Positions 1 through 10,310 of a stretch of DNA of 64,000 nt are shown here, piece after piece; the stretch's first letter is position 1, and each line of letters begins with the position of its first letter. Source of the DNA: Bryobacterales bacterium (GTDB lineage: Bacteria > Acidobacteriota > Terriglobia > Bryobacterales > Bryobacteraceae). Made by a program: the position numbers and the translations under genes. The stretch is taken from the NCBI GenBank assembly GCA_043755435.1, contig JAYUSZ010000181.1:3228-67227 (forward strand). Reading direction: 5' to 3'. The notes below the pieces were generated by a model. It was not told the origin of the DNA, did not search any database, and saw nothing but the letters and a program-made list of their open reading frames with translations.

Positions 1-741
1 GTGGAGACGTTCGACAAAATCAACGCCGGTGCCATTGGCAACATTGTCAGTTACTACGGCACTTACTATACATCGCCAGTGAAACCCATGCCTCCAGCAT
101 CGGAACGTCCGGCGGGCATGAGCGATATGGAATGGCAGATCCGGAACTGGTACAACTTTGTGTGGCTGTGCGGCGACAGCCTGGTGGAACAAGCCATTCA
201 TACTGTGGACAAAGTTGCTTGGGCTTTTAACGACCAGCCTCCAGTTAGCTGCGTAGCCGTTGGCGGACGCCAGATTCCTGCTGAGGGCGGCAATATTTTT
301 GACCACTTCCAGGTGAACTATCTTTATCCGAATAACGTGCGGGCAACGGTGGCAAATCGTCAAATGGTGGGCTGCTACAACGAAAACGCGGACTATATTA
401 CGGGGACCAAGGGTGTGGTAACCATTGGCCGCGGCCCAAACCCACGCATCGAAGGCGAAACCACGTGGAGCTTTGAAGGCCAGAAGTACGACATGTATCA
501 GCGTGAACATGATGTGCTGTTTGCCTCTATTCGCAAGGGTCAGGTAATTAACAATGGCGAACGCCTTGCCACCACAACAATGCTTGGCATCATGGGCCGC
601 ATGGCTGCCTACACCGGACAGACCATCACCTGGGAACAAGCTCTGAATTCAAAGGAAAGTCTGGTTCCTGAAAAGTGGGATTGGAACATGAAGCTGGATG
701 TTCCACCAACCGCACTACCAGGCGTGACGAAGTTCGTTTAG
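1..741 (+). CDS. Gfo/Idh/MocA-family oxidoreductase, C-terminal part (5' end lies outside the window)
   Basis: Frame is open from base 1 to TAG 739-741. The translation ([39 protein letters not shown]) resembles the C-terminal domain of exported Gfo/Idh/MocA oxidoreductases. The GTG at base 1 is a window-edge artefact, not a real start. Confidence 0.6.
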   Translation: METFDKINAGAIGNIVSYYGTYYTSPVKPMPPASERPAGMSDMEWQIRNWYNFVWLCGDSLVEQAIHTVDKVAWAFNDQPPVSCVAVGGRQIPAEGGNIFDHFQVNYLYPNNVRATVANRQMVGCYNENADYITGTKGVVTIGRGPNPRIEGETTWSFEGQKYDMYQREHDVLFASIRKGQVINNGERLATTTMLGIMGRMAAYTGQTITWEQALNSKESLVPEKWDWNMKLDVPPTALPGVTKFV

Positions 742-745
742 TGGG

Positions 746-2077
746 ATGCTGCAAAATAATAAAGTTTCGATTTTTCTCGCAGCATTAAGCGTTTTGCAAT
801 CCACTGCGGCAGACTTCACATCAGCTCGCCCGATTCTGGAAAAGAACTGCATGCCGTGCCATTCTGCGGAAAAGGCATCAGGTGGGTTGCGGCTGGATCG
901 GCGTACTAACGCTCTTAAAGTGTTATCGCCAGGGAGCCCGGAAAACAGCGTTCTTCTACTCACTGTCGATCGCCCCGCAAGTAAGCCCGGGGCCATGCCT
1001 CCTGGTGGCCCGCAGTTATCCGCCGATGATCGCGCGGCTCTGCGCAGTTGGATTGCTGGCGGTGCTCCTTGGCCGGAATCTATTGTTGTTGGAGTGAAGT
1101 TGAAAAAACTTCCCGATGATATTGTGCTGGTTGAAAAGCTGCACAAAACCATCACGTCCGCATCGAAAGAAAAGAAAGCGCAAGACATGAAGCCGATGAA
1201 GACGGTGATTCCCGGTACGGACGTATCCTTTGAAATGGTGCCGATTCCGGGTGGTGAATTCCAGATGGGTTCGCTTGAATCGGAAGCTGGTCGAGGCAAG
1301 GACGAAGGTCCGCGGCATAAGGTGAAGCTCGATCCGTTTTGGATGGGGAAGTTTGAAGTTACCTGGGATGAATACCGCTTGTTCATGTTTCCCGATCAGG
1401 CCAAGGAAACCAAAGGCGCTGATCCGAACGTGGATGCCGTTAGCCGTCCGACTAAGCCATATGTTGAGATGAGTTTTGGGATGGGCTTGAATGGCTATCC
1501 GGCAATTAGCATGACCCAACATGCTGCTAACAAATATGCGGAGTGGTTGTCTGCAAAGACGGGACACTTTTACCGGCTGCCCACCGAAGCGGAGTGGGAA
1601 TATGCATGCCGTGCAGGCTCCACAACAGCGTATTCCTTCGGAGAGAATACTTCAAAAGCTGGGGATTTCGCATGGTCGTCAGCCAACGCCAACGGCAAGT
1701 ATGAAAAAGTGGGAACGAAAAAGCCGAATGCCTGGGGCTTGTTCGACATGCATGGCAACGTAATGGAATGGACGCTGGACGCCTACGCTCCTTACAAAAC
1801 AGGCGATGTGCTAAACCCTTGGACGAAATCGAAGGAATCGTACCCGCATGCCGTACGTGGAGGATCTTGGAACGATCCGCCTTCAAAGCTTCGCTGCAGC
1901 ACTCGCGTGGGCAGTGATTCTTCCTGGAAGATGCAGGATCCGCAACTTCCTAAAAGCATCTGGTATCTGACCGATGCTCAGTTTTTAGGATTCCGATTGG
2001 TGAGACCTCTCAATGTGCCATCCGCCCCGGAAATGTTCCAATATTGGAACAACGGTGTTGAAGTGGATAGCAACTAG
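746..2077 (+). CDS. Formylglycine-generating-enzyme (SUMF1/FGE-sulfatase) domain protein with N-terminal c-type cytochrome domain
   Basis: ATG 746, TAG 2075-2077. It has a signal-like N-terminus and a CMPCH haem motif followed by GGLRLD (planctomycete-type cytochrome c). FGE-fold motifs follow: [23 protein letters not shown]. Confidence 0.8.
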   Translation: MLQNNKVSIFLAALSVLQSTAADFTSARPILEKNCMPCHSAEKASGGLRLDRRTNALKVLSPGSPENSVLLLTVDRPASKPGAMPPGGPQLSADDRAALRSWIAGGAPWPESIVVGVKLKKLPDDIVLVEKLHKTITSASKEKKAQDMKPMKTVIPGTDVSFEMVPIPGGEFQMGSLESEAGRGKDEGPRHKVKLDPFWMGKFEVTWDEYRLFMFPDQAKETKGADPNVDAVSRPTKPYVEMSFGMGLNGYPAISMTQHAANKYAEWLSAKTGHFYRLPTEAEWEYACRAGSTTAYSFGENTSKAGDFAWSSANANGKYEKVGTKKPNAWGLFDMHGNVMEWTLDAYAPYKTGDVLNPWTKSKESYPHAVRGGSWNDPPSKLRCSTRVGSDSSWKMQDPQLPKSIWYLTDAQFLGFRLVRPLNVPSAPEMFQYWNNGVEVDSN

Positions 2078-2987
2078 CGCGCTGGCAGCAACCTGCGTTG
2101 CGCAAGAATGGCATCGCGTGGAGGCTACGGAGCCCCACATGGGTACGCTATTTCGCATCGTTGTTCATGCGCAAGATGAAACCGCCGCACGGGTGGCCAT
2201 GGGGCGAGCTTTCGAGCGTGCAGCCGAACTGGACCAGAAGCTTTCCGACTATAAACCTGACAGCGAATTGAACCGGTTCTGCCGGTCTGTAGTTGGCACT
2301 TCTGTGGCCGTGTCCGGTGATTTGTTCCAAGTGGTGGAGACCTCCTTGCAGATTAGCCGCCAAACTGACGGCGCATTCGATATTACCTTGGGTCCACTAA
2401 CGCATCTTTGGAGAGCGGCGAAGAGGTCGGGGAATTTGCCGTCGCCAAGGGAGATTCTGGAGGCCCGCAAGCGCACTGGCTATAAGAACATTAAAGTGGA
2501 TAGCCGAATGAAAACCCTTTCGCTTCTAAAAGCGCGAATGCAGTTAGATCTGGGCGGGATCGCCAAAGGATACGCAGTTGACCAGATGCTTACCGTTTTG
2601 GTTGCAGCCGGATTCCCACGGGCGCTGGTTGCCGCTTCAGGGGATATTGGGGTTGGTGATCCCCCTCCGGGGCGTGCGGGTTGGACAGTTCAGTTGGAGA
2701 AACAGTCGGTGGAATTGCGAAATCAGGCCGTATCCACGGCGGGCCCAGCAGAGCAGCACCTGGATTCAGGGGGAATTCGATATTCCCATATCATCAACCC
2801 CAAGGCTGGACTAGGGTTGACCAACGGGCTGACCGTAAGTGTGATTGCACCAACTGGAATTCTAGCCGACGGGTGGGATACGGCATTGTCAGTAATGGGG
2901 AAAAGTGGCAAAAACAGATTTAGAAGATATGTTTTAAGCGGCCATGCGCTTTTTTTTAAACCAACTTCGCATCAACCTGAAAAATAA
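2055..2987 (+). CDS. apbE: FAD:protein FMN transferase (ApbE family)
   Basis: ApbE motifs [18 protein letters not shown] and [13 protein letters not shown]. The ORF opens at 2013, but GTG 2055 (or TTG 2058) gives a short lipoprotein-like leader (SALAATC). It overlaps the upstream gene by about 20 nt. Confidence 0.8.
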   Translation: MLKWIATSALAATCVAQEWHRVEATEPHMGTLFRIVVHAQDETAARVAMGRAFERAAELDQKLSDYKPDSELNRFCRSVVGTSVAVSGDLFQVVETSLQISRQTDGAFDITLGPLTHLWRAAKRSGNLPSPREILEARKRTGYKNIKVDSRMKTLSLLKARMQLDLGGIAKGYAVDQMLTVLVAAGFPRALVAASGDIGVGDPPPGRAGWTVQLEKQSVELRNQAVSTAGPAEQHLDSGGIRYSHIINPKAGLGLTNGLTVSVIAPTGILADGWDTALSVMGKSGKNRFRRYVLSGHALFFKPTSHQPEK

Positions 2988-3174
2988 CTAAGCTAAGCTT
3001 TTTCTATGCCTTGAAGCCAGAGATCGGGATAGCGGGTGGTACGTTTTCCCTTTTCCTTGCAACACCAACGATAAAAATAAGTTGTAATAGTACTACTACA
3101 TTTAATATACTGCTGGACAGCGATTAGTTTTACGAGGTCATTGCATTAGCAAAAAGGTCTCTGGAGGAAAATTC

Positions 3175-4734
3175 TTGCTGCTCAACCGTTTAACGCTCAT
3201 GGCCACTTTGGCCTTTGGCATCACTTCTTCTCTTTTCGGCGCCGGCGCCCCAGTTTGGACCGGCCCCATCACTCAAACTTGTACGGTCAACACCGTCTGC
3301 CCCACAGTTAACTTTACGCTGGTTTCCGGCTCTGGCACTGGAGCAGTTACTTTTGCTTTGGCCAGCGGCGCCATTCCAACTGGTATGACTTTGAACGCGA
3401 CCAGCGTCAGCGGAACGCCTACTGCAGTGGGCACTTTCACCTTCCGCATCAGCGCCACTGACACGCTTCATCATCCAGGAACCCAAAACCATTTCGTAAT
3501 CACCGTAACGGCTGCTCCAGTGATCATTGTTGATCCAGGTGCACAGACGTTTGTAACCACCTCACCGCTTCCAAATGCTTCGTCTTGCGCCCACTACACC
3601 ACAACTCTGGTATCCACAGGCGGACAAGCACCTTACACCTACACAATCACCAGTGGCGCACTTCCTCGTCCATTAACAATGAGTTCGGCTGGTGTAATTT
3701 CAGGTTCTGCTTTTCACGATGGTTCTTATAGCTTCACGGTTCAGTCTACCGATTCGTTTAGCCCGGCTCACACCGCATCAAGAACCTTCGTGTTGAACGT
3801 TCTTCCTTGCGCTGGTACGGTGCAACCTTTGGTTCTCAGCACTTCATCCGTGATTCCTGGAACCACAACATGTTCAGCTACTAGCCTTCAGCTTACTGCC
3901 ACAGGCGGAATTGCTCCCTATACCTTTGCTGTTGCAGGCGGTTCATCTCTGCCTGCTGGTGTCACACTGACTTCGGGTGGTCTGCTTTCTGGAACCCCAA
4001 TGACTGCAGCAAGCTATACGTTCAGTCTAACTGTAACGGATTCCAACTCTCCAACCACTACTACGACGAAGGCATTCACTTACGCAGTATCGGTTTGCCC
4101 TCCTCCTCCAGCAGCTTTGGTGATCACCACAACTTCGCCTCTGCCACCTTCTACCATATGCCTGCATACTCCGATCCAACTGGCGGCAACAGGTGGCGTC
4201 CCCGGATACACGTGGTCAATCACTACGGGTGCCCTGCCTCGGCCGACAACGCTATCCTCAAGCGGACTGATCAGCGGCTTGCCTTTCCACGTTGGCGTTT
4301 ACACCTTCACGGTGCAGGTACGCGATTCGGTAGGCACATTGGCTACGCAAGCCTTTAGCTGGACAATCAACGCCTGCAGCGGCGGCTCTTCTAGCGCTCC
4401 TGAACCGGTAGAAGGTTCGTTGACGGTTTCAGAAGACGGCTTGCCCAACTTCACACTGGCTCAAGCAGCAACCACTGATATTGATGGCACGCTGGAAATC
4501 TATCCTGCAAACGCTGAAGGCGAATTTACTTACTTCGCTAACGCAATGCGTCGGGTTTCTTTCAACATCAAGGCTGGCAGCACCACAGCAGTATTCTCGA
4601 AAGCGAATAGCCGCCTGTCAATGCTGTCCGATGGTGGCGCAGCTACTCTTGTGGCAACCTTGTTTGTGGATGGAGTTGAAATGACTCCTGAAGCTGCAAC
4701 GGTCACGGTTCGTGATAACGGCTCGGTGGAATAA
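3175..4734 (+). CDS. Secreted repeat protein with four putative Ig-like (He_PIG / cadherin-like) modules
   Basis: TTG 3175 is preceded by GGAGG (3163-3167), and the N-terminus is signal-peptide-like. Four internal modules share the pattern LP-x-G-(V/M)TL..G-x-(L/I)SG(T/S)P...Y(S/T)F(S/T)(V/L)...D(S/T). Confidence 0.6.
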   Translation: MLLNRLTLMATLAFGITSSLFGAGAPVWTGPITQTCTVNTVCPTVNFTLVSGSGTGAVTFALASGAIPTGMTLNATSVSGTPTAVGTFTFRISATDTLHHPGTQNHFVITVTAAPVIIVDPGAQTFVTTSPLPNASSCAHYTTTLVSTGGQAPYTYTITSGALPRPLTMSSAGVISGSAFHDGSYSFTVQSTDSFSPAHTASRTFVLNVLPCAGTVQPLVLSTSSVIPGTTTCSATSLQLTATGGIAPYTFAVAGGSSLPAGVTLTSGGLLSGTPMTAASYTFSLTVTDSNSPTTTTTKAFTYAVSVCPPPPAALVITTTSPLPPSTICLHTPIQLAATGGVPGYTWSITTGALPRPTTLSSSGLISGLPFHVGVYTFTVQVRDSVGTLATQAFSWTINACSGGSSSAPEPVEGSLTVSEDGLPNFTLAQAATTDIDGTLEIYPANAEGEFTYFANAMRRVSFNIKAGSTTAVFSKANSRLSMLSDGGAATLVATLFVDGVEMTPEAATVTVRDNGSVE

Positions 4735-4761
4735 CAAGCGTCTAAACTAGTAATTGGTCCG

Positions 4762-4801
4762 AAAAACCCGCCAATCAGTATTACTGATTGGCGGGTTTTT
4801 C
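4762..4801 (+). terminator. Rho-independent terminator after the Ig-repeat gene
   Basis: Perfect hairpin CCCGCCAATCAG (4767-4778) / CTGATTGGCGGG (4784-4795) with a 5-nt loop, flanked by AAAAA and TTTTT. Confidence 0.75.
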
Positions 4802-4837
4802 ATTGGGTTTCTAACTTGGCTAGACTGGATTTCTAAC

Positions 4838-5998
4838 ATGTATCTGCTCCTCTACTTGCTTACCTTCGCAATCTCTACCGCTGGTCCATTGCGAGTTCAA
4901 ATAGGAGAACCGCGTTTGGTTGCCGCGGGTCCTCCTGAAGAGCACCGTTGGGGTCGGTGGCAGTTCCCTGTTCTGGAACAGGCGCCGAACGGCAAACTCC
5001 TGCTATTCCTCCACGTGGAGCCTGATTCCGCTGCTTCCTACGGCAAGGCTCGCCGCGTTTATGTCTCAAGCGACCACGGCCGCAATTGGCGGGAAAACGT
5101 TACGGCTGCTCAAGGTGCCTACGGTTTGCGCCTGCCCAATGGCGATTGGCTCCGCACAGATACCGTGGCCGCCACCCCTGCATCATCAATCACGTTGCCA
5201 AAACAGGTTGCTGAACGGGTCAGCTACCGAACCCCTTTCCAACTCTATCGTCTCCGTGATTTGCCAGAGCAGTTACGCCAGATCTTCTTCCAACGCTTCT
5301 ATGGAAGCGCATGGCACCCCCAGCAGCAGGCTCTTGACGATCCGCACGCCCTCCGTTATGCAACCGGCGGACTTATCCCGCAAATCTGGTGGGGCGATAT
5401 AAGAGTGATGCCAAATGGGAAATTAGTAGCTCTAACTTACCCTTATTATCACGACAGCCAACCAGTGCCCTACACCTCCGCAGCATCCTATGTATCCAAC
5501 GACCAAGGCCGGAATTGGATCAAAACCGGACACATTCTTTACGACGAACCCGACCGCCGCCGCGACGGTTTTACCGAACCCGCACTGGAGCGGCTAAGGG
5601 ATGGAAGCCTGTTCGCCGTTCTGCGAACCACCGATGGTAACGGCATCGGTCCCATGTTCAAGAGCCGATCAACAGATGGTGGCAGCACCTGGACAAGACC
5701 ACAGTCATTCACGGAAACAGGCGTGTTGCCGCGGTTGCTTCTACTTGGCAACGGAGTTTTGGTGTTAAGCTCGGGCCGGCCCGGAGTGGATTTGCGTTTC
5801 AGCCAGGATGGTGGGGCAACATGGACCACGCCTCGTCAGTTAGTGCCAGTTCCGGATACAGAAAAGCCGCAGGCCGATTCCTGCGGGTATACTTCGCTGG
5901 TGGCTTTAGGGCGTAACCGCTTCCTGATTGCCTACTCCTGGTTTACGCCCCCAACCGGAAGAAAGTCGATCTTTGTTCGCCAGGTGCTAGTGCGGTAG
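4838..5998 (+). CDS. BNR/Asp-box repeat protein (sialidase-like beta-propeller)
   Basis: Four Asp-box motifs: SSDHGRNW, SNDQGRNW, STDGGSTW, SQDGGATW. I place the start at ATG 4838 (MYLLLYLL..., hydrophobic leader) because the track start at 4754 would include the upstream terminator hairpin. Confidence 0.7.
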   Translation: MYLLLYLLTFAISTAGPLRVQIGEPRLVAAGPPEEHRWGRWQFPVLEQAPNGKLLLFLHVEPDSAASYGKARRVYVSSDHGRNWRENVTAAQGAYGLRLPNGDWLRTDTVAATPASSITLPKQVAERVSYRTPFQLYRLRDLPEQLRQIFFQRFYGSAWHPQQQALDDPHALRYATGGLIPQIWWGDIRVMPNGKLVALTYPYYHDSQPVPYTSAASYVSNDQGRNWIKTGHILYDEPDRRRDGFTEPALERLRDGSLFAVLRTTDGNGIGPMFKSRSTDGGSTWTRPQSFTETGVLPRLLLLGNGVLVLSSGRPGVDLRFSQDGGATWTTPRQLVPVPDTEKPQADSCGYTSLVALGRNRFLIAYSWFTPPTGRKSIFVRQVLVR

Positions 5999-6172
5999 CT
6001 GGTAAGCCCCAGTCACCAGATCAAACGTCCAATACCTATGTACGTGTACGATCGAAGGGCGTCCCACGATTCGTTCATGACACGGCGTGCTATTCGCAAT
6101 TATTGATTCCTCACGTGCATTTTCCCCCTCACTCGATGTACCCTAACTGTTGACAGGGAAGGTCAAACCAAC

Positions 6173-6970
6173 ATGAATGGCAAACTAAAGCTTCTACCTA
6201 TACTCTTGTTCGGAATTTATGCGATCTGGTTCTATTTTGATCACCGGGAAACAGTCCCCATTACCGGTCGCAAACACATGGTGGATATGGACCCGAATCA
6301 GGAGGCCGCGCTAGGGCTTCAATCCTACCAGCAGATTCTCAATGAATCGCAAGTAGCTCCAGCCAGTAGCAAGCTTGTGCAAACGGTGAAGTCGGTAGGC
6401 CAGCGTCTGGCAAAGGTAGCGGAAGACCCGGGATTTAAGTGGGATTTCAATGTGCTGATTTCCGATCAGGCCAACGCATTCTGCCTTCCTGGCGGCAAAG
6501 TGGCGGTCTACACCGGCATCATTCCAGTAGCGAAAACAGATGACGGCCTGGCAATCGTGATGGGTCACGAAATCGCCCACGCCATTGCTCGCCATGGTGC
6601 AGAGCGCATGGCCCAACAGAAGTTGGTTCAAATGGGTGAAATTGCCGCTGGTGTAGCCATCGCCACCATGGAATCGCGCCAACAGCAGGGCATTATGGTG
6701 GCTTTAGGCTTGGGAGCAAAGTATGGAATTCTCATGCCCTTTTCCCGTGATCATGAATCTGAGGCCGACCAGATGGGCCTTATCTATGCTGCCCGCGCTT
6801 GTTTCGATCCCACTGAGGCCCCCAAAGTCTGGGCTCGTATGGGTTCCATCAGTCATGGCCAGCCCAATGAATTCATGTCGACTCACCCCAGCCATGAACG
6901 CCGTATTGAGCAGTTTGAGAAGTGGATGCCCGAAGCTTTAGAAGTGAAGCGAAAGAACTGCGGTAGCTAG
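6173..6970 (+). CDS. M48-family zinc metallopeptidase
   Basis: N-terminal membrane anchor, HEIAHAIARH (HExxH) and a downstream ESEAD motif. The length is typical of YcaL/Oma1-like M48 peptidases. Confidence 0.85.
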   Translation: MNGKLKLLPILLFGIYAIWFYFDHRETVPITGRKHMVDMDPNQEAALGLQSYQQILNESQVAPASSKLVQTVKSVGQRLAKVAEDPGFKWDFNVLISDQANAFCLPGGKVAVYTGIIPVAKTDDGLAIVMGHEIAHAIARHGAERMAQQKLVQMGEIAAGVAIATMESRQQQGIMVALGLGAKYGILMPFSRDHESEADQMGLIYAARACFDPTEAPKVWARMGSISHGQPNEFMSTHPSHERRIEQFEKWMPEALEVKRKNCGS

Positions 6971-7069
6971 CGAGATTCTGCCGATAGTAAAGGCACGTAC
7001 TAGTACGAATGCTTCGAGTCATTCGTGGTTTTGCAATGTAGAATTTGTTCCAGGAGTCTGTCCAAGAGA

Positions 7070-9430
7070 GTGCCGCGCCGTTTGATTTTTCTCAGCCGTT
7101 TCCGGATATTGCTCGCGTTGGTACTCTCCACCGTGCCGTTCGCGCTAGCTCACGCCGCAACGCTGCCTGCCGGAAGTATGCTGGAACTTCGTCTAAGGCA
7201 GGAAGTGAATTCCTTTTCCTCGGAAGAAGGCGCGTTAATCCAGGCTTACCTTTGCTCACCCGTAATGCTGGAAGGCAAGATCTACCTTCCCATGGAAACC
7301 GTTGTACGCGGGCGAATCAAGGAAGTTAAGAGAGTGGGTCTTGGACTGGTCCGGGAACGGGCTTGGCTCCAGTTGGAATTCGATCAGATATTGCTCCCAA
7401 ATGGGGAGATCTACAACATCCGAACCAAAGTTGTTGAGGTGGAAAACGCCAGAGAGCGCGTCCTCGCAAATGGCAGGATCCGCGGCATTCGCTCAGCAGA
7501 CATGCCAGGATATCGCAGTTCCGGCGTAATCACTTCGCTGGCCGCCTTGGATCCCATCGCCCTGGCCTTTGCCAGCACAGCGTCAGCCGCTTTGCTGCGA
7601 TTCCCCGAACCGGAAATCCGCTTCCCTGTGGGCACGGAACTTCTCGTTCGATTGGCTGAACCGGTAGAATTGGGGAACTCCTTTTCCGATCCCACTCACA
7701 AACTACACGTTACAGATGATGATCGACACGAGTTGGGCACAACCATCCGGAAAATGCCTTTCCGCACTAAAACGCTGATCGGCAAACGCGAGTCAGACTT
7801 AGTGAATGTGTTGATGGTTGGCTCACGGAATGCCATCGAAAGGGCTTTTGTAGCCGCCGGCTGGGTAGAGGCTGATCGGGCCACGGCTCAATCCAACTAT
7901 CGGGCTTTGCGGGCCTTTGCAGAAAATCAGGGATATCGGGCTGCGCCCATGTCAACGTTGTTATTGGGCGGAAAGCGGCCCGTTTCCACGTTGTCAAAAG
8001 CCATGAACACGTTCCATAAACGTCACCATGTCCGCATCTTCGAAACTGGCGAGACTTGGCAAGGTCATGAACTTTTCAGCGTATCCTCTACGCAGGATGT
8101 TGGTGTTGGATTTTCCAAGGGAGAAAAGAAATTCACCCATCGTATTGACCCCCATATTGACAACGAGCGGGCAAAGGTTTTGAACGATCTCCTGCTTACT
8201 GGTTGTGTTGATGAGGCTGAGGCTTTGGATCGTCCTTGGGTTCCAAGGGATGCCAAGAACGCTGGTGGCGAAAACCTCGCCACGGATGGAGCCATTGCCA
8301 TCATCCGTTTGAACGATTGCATAGTCCCCCGGCGGTTCGACGAAGCGATTGCTCCTCCACCGGGACCTTTTAGAGGCAACGTCATTTCCCGGGCCAGCCG
8401 GCAAACCATCCTCACCGTGCGCAACGATTTCTATCGCGGAACGTTCGTCTATCAGGGCATTAATGGTGCGATTGCTGGGTTCAAACGCATTCAAAACAGA
8501 AACCTGGAAAAAAGCCCTCGGGAGGTCCGCCAAACTGGAGTCTCTTCTCAATCCTTCCTTCCCTTCAGTTCGTCACTAACTCCCTTACCCAGCCCTATTG
8601 GCCCTGCCCCGCCGCCTCCTCCTCCGCGGGAAACCCCCTACGATATTTGGGAGGCTCCCCGGGTGGAGCTAAGCATGGATTTCGGTTTCCTTCGCTTCGG
8701 AAATAACAGCAGCGGTGCAGAAGGTGTGGTGATTACTCATAGGTTTCCCTCGACGAAAGGTTCCAGCCAACCATTTACGGTGATAGCGGAAAACTTGGTA
8801 CGCTCGGGAATAAGTCTGGGAGGGTCCGTCACGCTGAATTCCCAACGCTGGATGTCTCACGAATTAGGCCTCCATTATCAACGTGGGAGTTTCAAATTAG
8901 GTCTGAAAAGCGTTACCAAAACAGGTTCCGCCGACCTCCCTACAGTGGAGGAACAGAACGCGGGAATCGTAACACGCCAGTTTTCCTACAATACCCTGCT
9001 CAATTTCAAGCCCAGGGAAAGCCGTTGGCGGCCGTATTTGGCGGCAGGACCCGTTCTGCAAATGATCAATCTATCGGATTCCCCGTTTAAGCAAGCTCGA
9101 GGGCTTTTCCGGTTTGGCCTGAACAATGTTGGAATGATTAGTGCTGCCTATAACTTCGGCAACGCAGCCCCGCTGGAAGGTGGTGGCATTTTCCAGATAG
9201 GCGCAATTGTAGGCGCTGGCTTTAAGTACCGTGTGCATCCCCGCTGGACTCTACGATTCGACTATCGCGATACAATAAGCAAGAGTCCTAATTTCCTTAA
9301 GAAGTCACTCACCCAATCCAACATCACCCCAATTGAAGAGGGCGATCCTCAACCAGCCTCAGCACCACCCCTGGTCCGTGGACGGCTGATTCAGCAACGC
9401 ATGACAGTGGGATTTTCTTTTACCTTTTGA
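7070..9430 (+). CDS. LssY_C-like domain protein fused to a C-terminal outer-membrane beta-barrel
   Basis: The ORF opens at 7025, but GTG 7070 gives a signal peptide (VPRRLIFLSRFRILLALVLSTVPFALAHA). The central segment (NVLMVGSRNAIERAFVAAGWVEAD ... HKRHHVRIF) matches my recollection of the LssY C-terminal domain. A poly-Pro linker (PAPPPPPPRE) follows. The C-terminal ~250 aa have alternating beta-strand character and end in the OMP-type terminal F (GFSFTF). Confidence 0.6.
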   Translation: MPRRLIFLSRFRILLALVLSTVPFALAHAATLPAGSMLELRLRQEVNSFSSEEGALIQAYLCSPVMLEGKIYLPMETVVRGRIKEVKRVGLGLVRERAWLQLEFDQILLPNGEIYNIRTKVVEVENARERVLANGRIRGIRSADMPGYRSSGVITSLAALDPIALAFASTASAALLRFPEPEIRFPVGTELLVRLAEPVELGNSFSDPTHKLHVTDDDRHELGTTIRKMPFRTKTLIGKRESDLVNVLMVGSRNAIERAFVAAGWVEADRATAQSNYRALRAFAENQGYRAAPMSTLLLGGKRPVSTLSKAMNTFHKRHHVRIFETGETWQGHELFSVSSTQDVGVGFSKGEKKFTHRIDPHIDNERAKVLNDLLLTGCVDEAEALDRPWVPRDAKNAGGENLATDGAIAIIRLNDCIVPRRFDEAIAPPPGPFRGNVISRASRQTILTVRNDFYRGTFVYQGINGAIAGFKRIQNRNLEKSPREVRQTGVSSQSFLPFSSSLTPLPSPIGPAPPPPPPRETPYDIWEAPRVELSMDFGFLRFGNNSSGAEGVVITHRFPSTKGSSQPFTVIAENLVRSGISLGGSVTLNSQRWMSHELGLHYQRGSFKLGLKSVTKTGSADLPTVEEQNAGIVTRQFSYNTLLNFKPRESRWRPYLAAGPVLQMINLSDSPFKQARGLFRFGLNNVGMISAAYNFGNAAPLEGGGIFQIGAIVGAGFKYRVHPRWTLRFDYRDTISKSPNFLKKSLTQSNITPIEEGDPQPASAPPLVRGRLIQQRMTVGFSFTF

Positions 9431-9434
9431 CTCC

Positions 9435-9896
9435 ATGAAGACCGTAACCAACAAGACAGATCAACAGGAGCTGCGAAACCGGCTCAATGCACTCACTCCC
9501 AATGCACCGCGACAATGGGGCACTATGTCGGCCCATCAAATGATGTGTCACCTAACCGATTCCTTCCGGCTAACCACTGGCGAAAAGGCCGCTAGTATAA
9601 CCGGTGGCTGGTTTGATAGGAACGTCATTAAGCTACTGGCTCTCTACCTTCCCATGCAGTGGCCGAAGGATGTCCCCACCCGTCCGGAAATGGATCAAGT
9701 AAAGGGAAGCGGCACCAAGCCCCAGGATTTCGAAATCGACCGCCAAATTTTACTTGGGTATCTTGATCGATTCTGCCAGCAACCTCGCGATTTCTCCCCA
9801 GGCGCACATCCCATTTTTGGCGAAATGACAGCAGCACAGTGGGACCGTTGGGCTTATCTCCACATGGACCATCATCTTCGCCAATTCGACCGTTAA
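9435..9896 (+). CDS. DinB-superfamily protein (DUF1569-like)
   Basis: 153 aa. The pattern MSAHQMMCHLTDSFR ... IFGEMTAAQWDRWAYLHMDHHLRQF resembles DUF1569/DinB four-helix-bundle proteins. Confidence 0.65.
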   Translation: MKTVTNKTDQQELRNRLNALTPNAPRQWGTMSAHQMMCHLTDSFRLTTGEKAASITGGWFDRNVIKLLALYLPMQWPKDVPTRPEMDQVKGSGTKPQDFEIDRQILLGYLDRFCQQPRDFSPGAHPIFGEMTAAQWDRWAYLHMDHHLRQFDR

Positions 9897-9930
9897 CTTC
9901 CTCTAATTAACCAATTTATATATACCTTGC

Positions 9931-9941
9931 GAGTAGTACTC
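9931..9941. promoter_or_regulatory. 11-bp palindrome upstream of padR-like gene (candidate operator)
   Basis: GAGTA-G-TACTC, about 60 nt upstream of ATG 10002. PadR regulators commonly autoregulate through palindromic operators. Confidence 0.3.
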
Positions 9942-10001
9942 ATAGGTCCAAAAATCGTTTGACTCGTTCAACTATTTTGACTAGTCTTGGGAAATACGCT
10001 T

Positions 10002-10310
10002 ATGGAGGCACCAGCTGATTTCGAGCTTGTCGTCATGCTGGCGGTCTTGCAACTGCCAGGCAAAGCCTATGCCGTGTCCCTCCGCAGGGAAATTGAAGCC
10101 CGGGCGGAAGTGGAAGTGAATTATGGGTCTTTGTACGTAACACTGGAACAGTTGGAGCGTAAGAACTGGTTGCGTTCCAGCAATGGAACGGCAACATCGA
10201 ACCGCGGCGGTTGCCCTAAGCGGCTTTACTATTTCACAGCGGAAGGCCTGAAGGCTTTCCGAAACGCCGGGGTCCAAGTACAGCCCTTGTTGGATGAGCT
10301 TGCAAGTTAA
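10002..10310 (+). CDS. PadR-family transcriptional regulator
   Basis: Winged-helix pattern LVVMLAVLQLPGKAYAVSLRREIE...VNYGSLYVTLEQLERKNWLRS. ATG 10002 is preferred over TTG 9987. Confidence 0.8.
   Translation: MEAPADFELVVMLAVLQLPGKAYAVSLRREIEARAEVEVNYGSLYVTLEQLERKNWLRSSNGTATSNRGGCPKRLYYFTAEGLKAFRNAGVQVQPLLDELAS

Noticed and set aside
715-1567. Minus-strand ORFs of 223 aa and 183 aa
   Set aside because: Both are antisense to the FGE-sulfatase gene, which has clear family motifs. Both are Ser/Pro/Arg-rich shadow frames.
4754-4837. TTG-initiated 5' extension of the BNR-repeat ORF
   Set aside because: The extension would translate straight through the terminator hairpin at 4762-4801. ATG 4838, followed by a hydrophobic leader, is a better start.
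7994-8551. 185-aa minus-strand ORF
   Set aside because: It is antisense to the LssY_C-like region of the 7070-9430 gene, which has a continuous 2.4-kb frame with signal peptide and OMP terminus.
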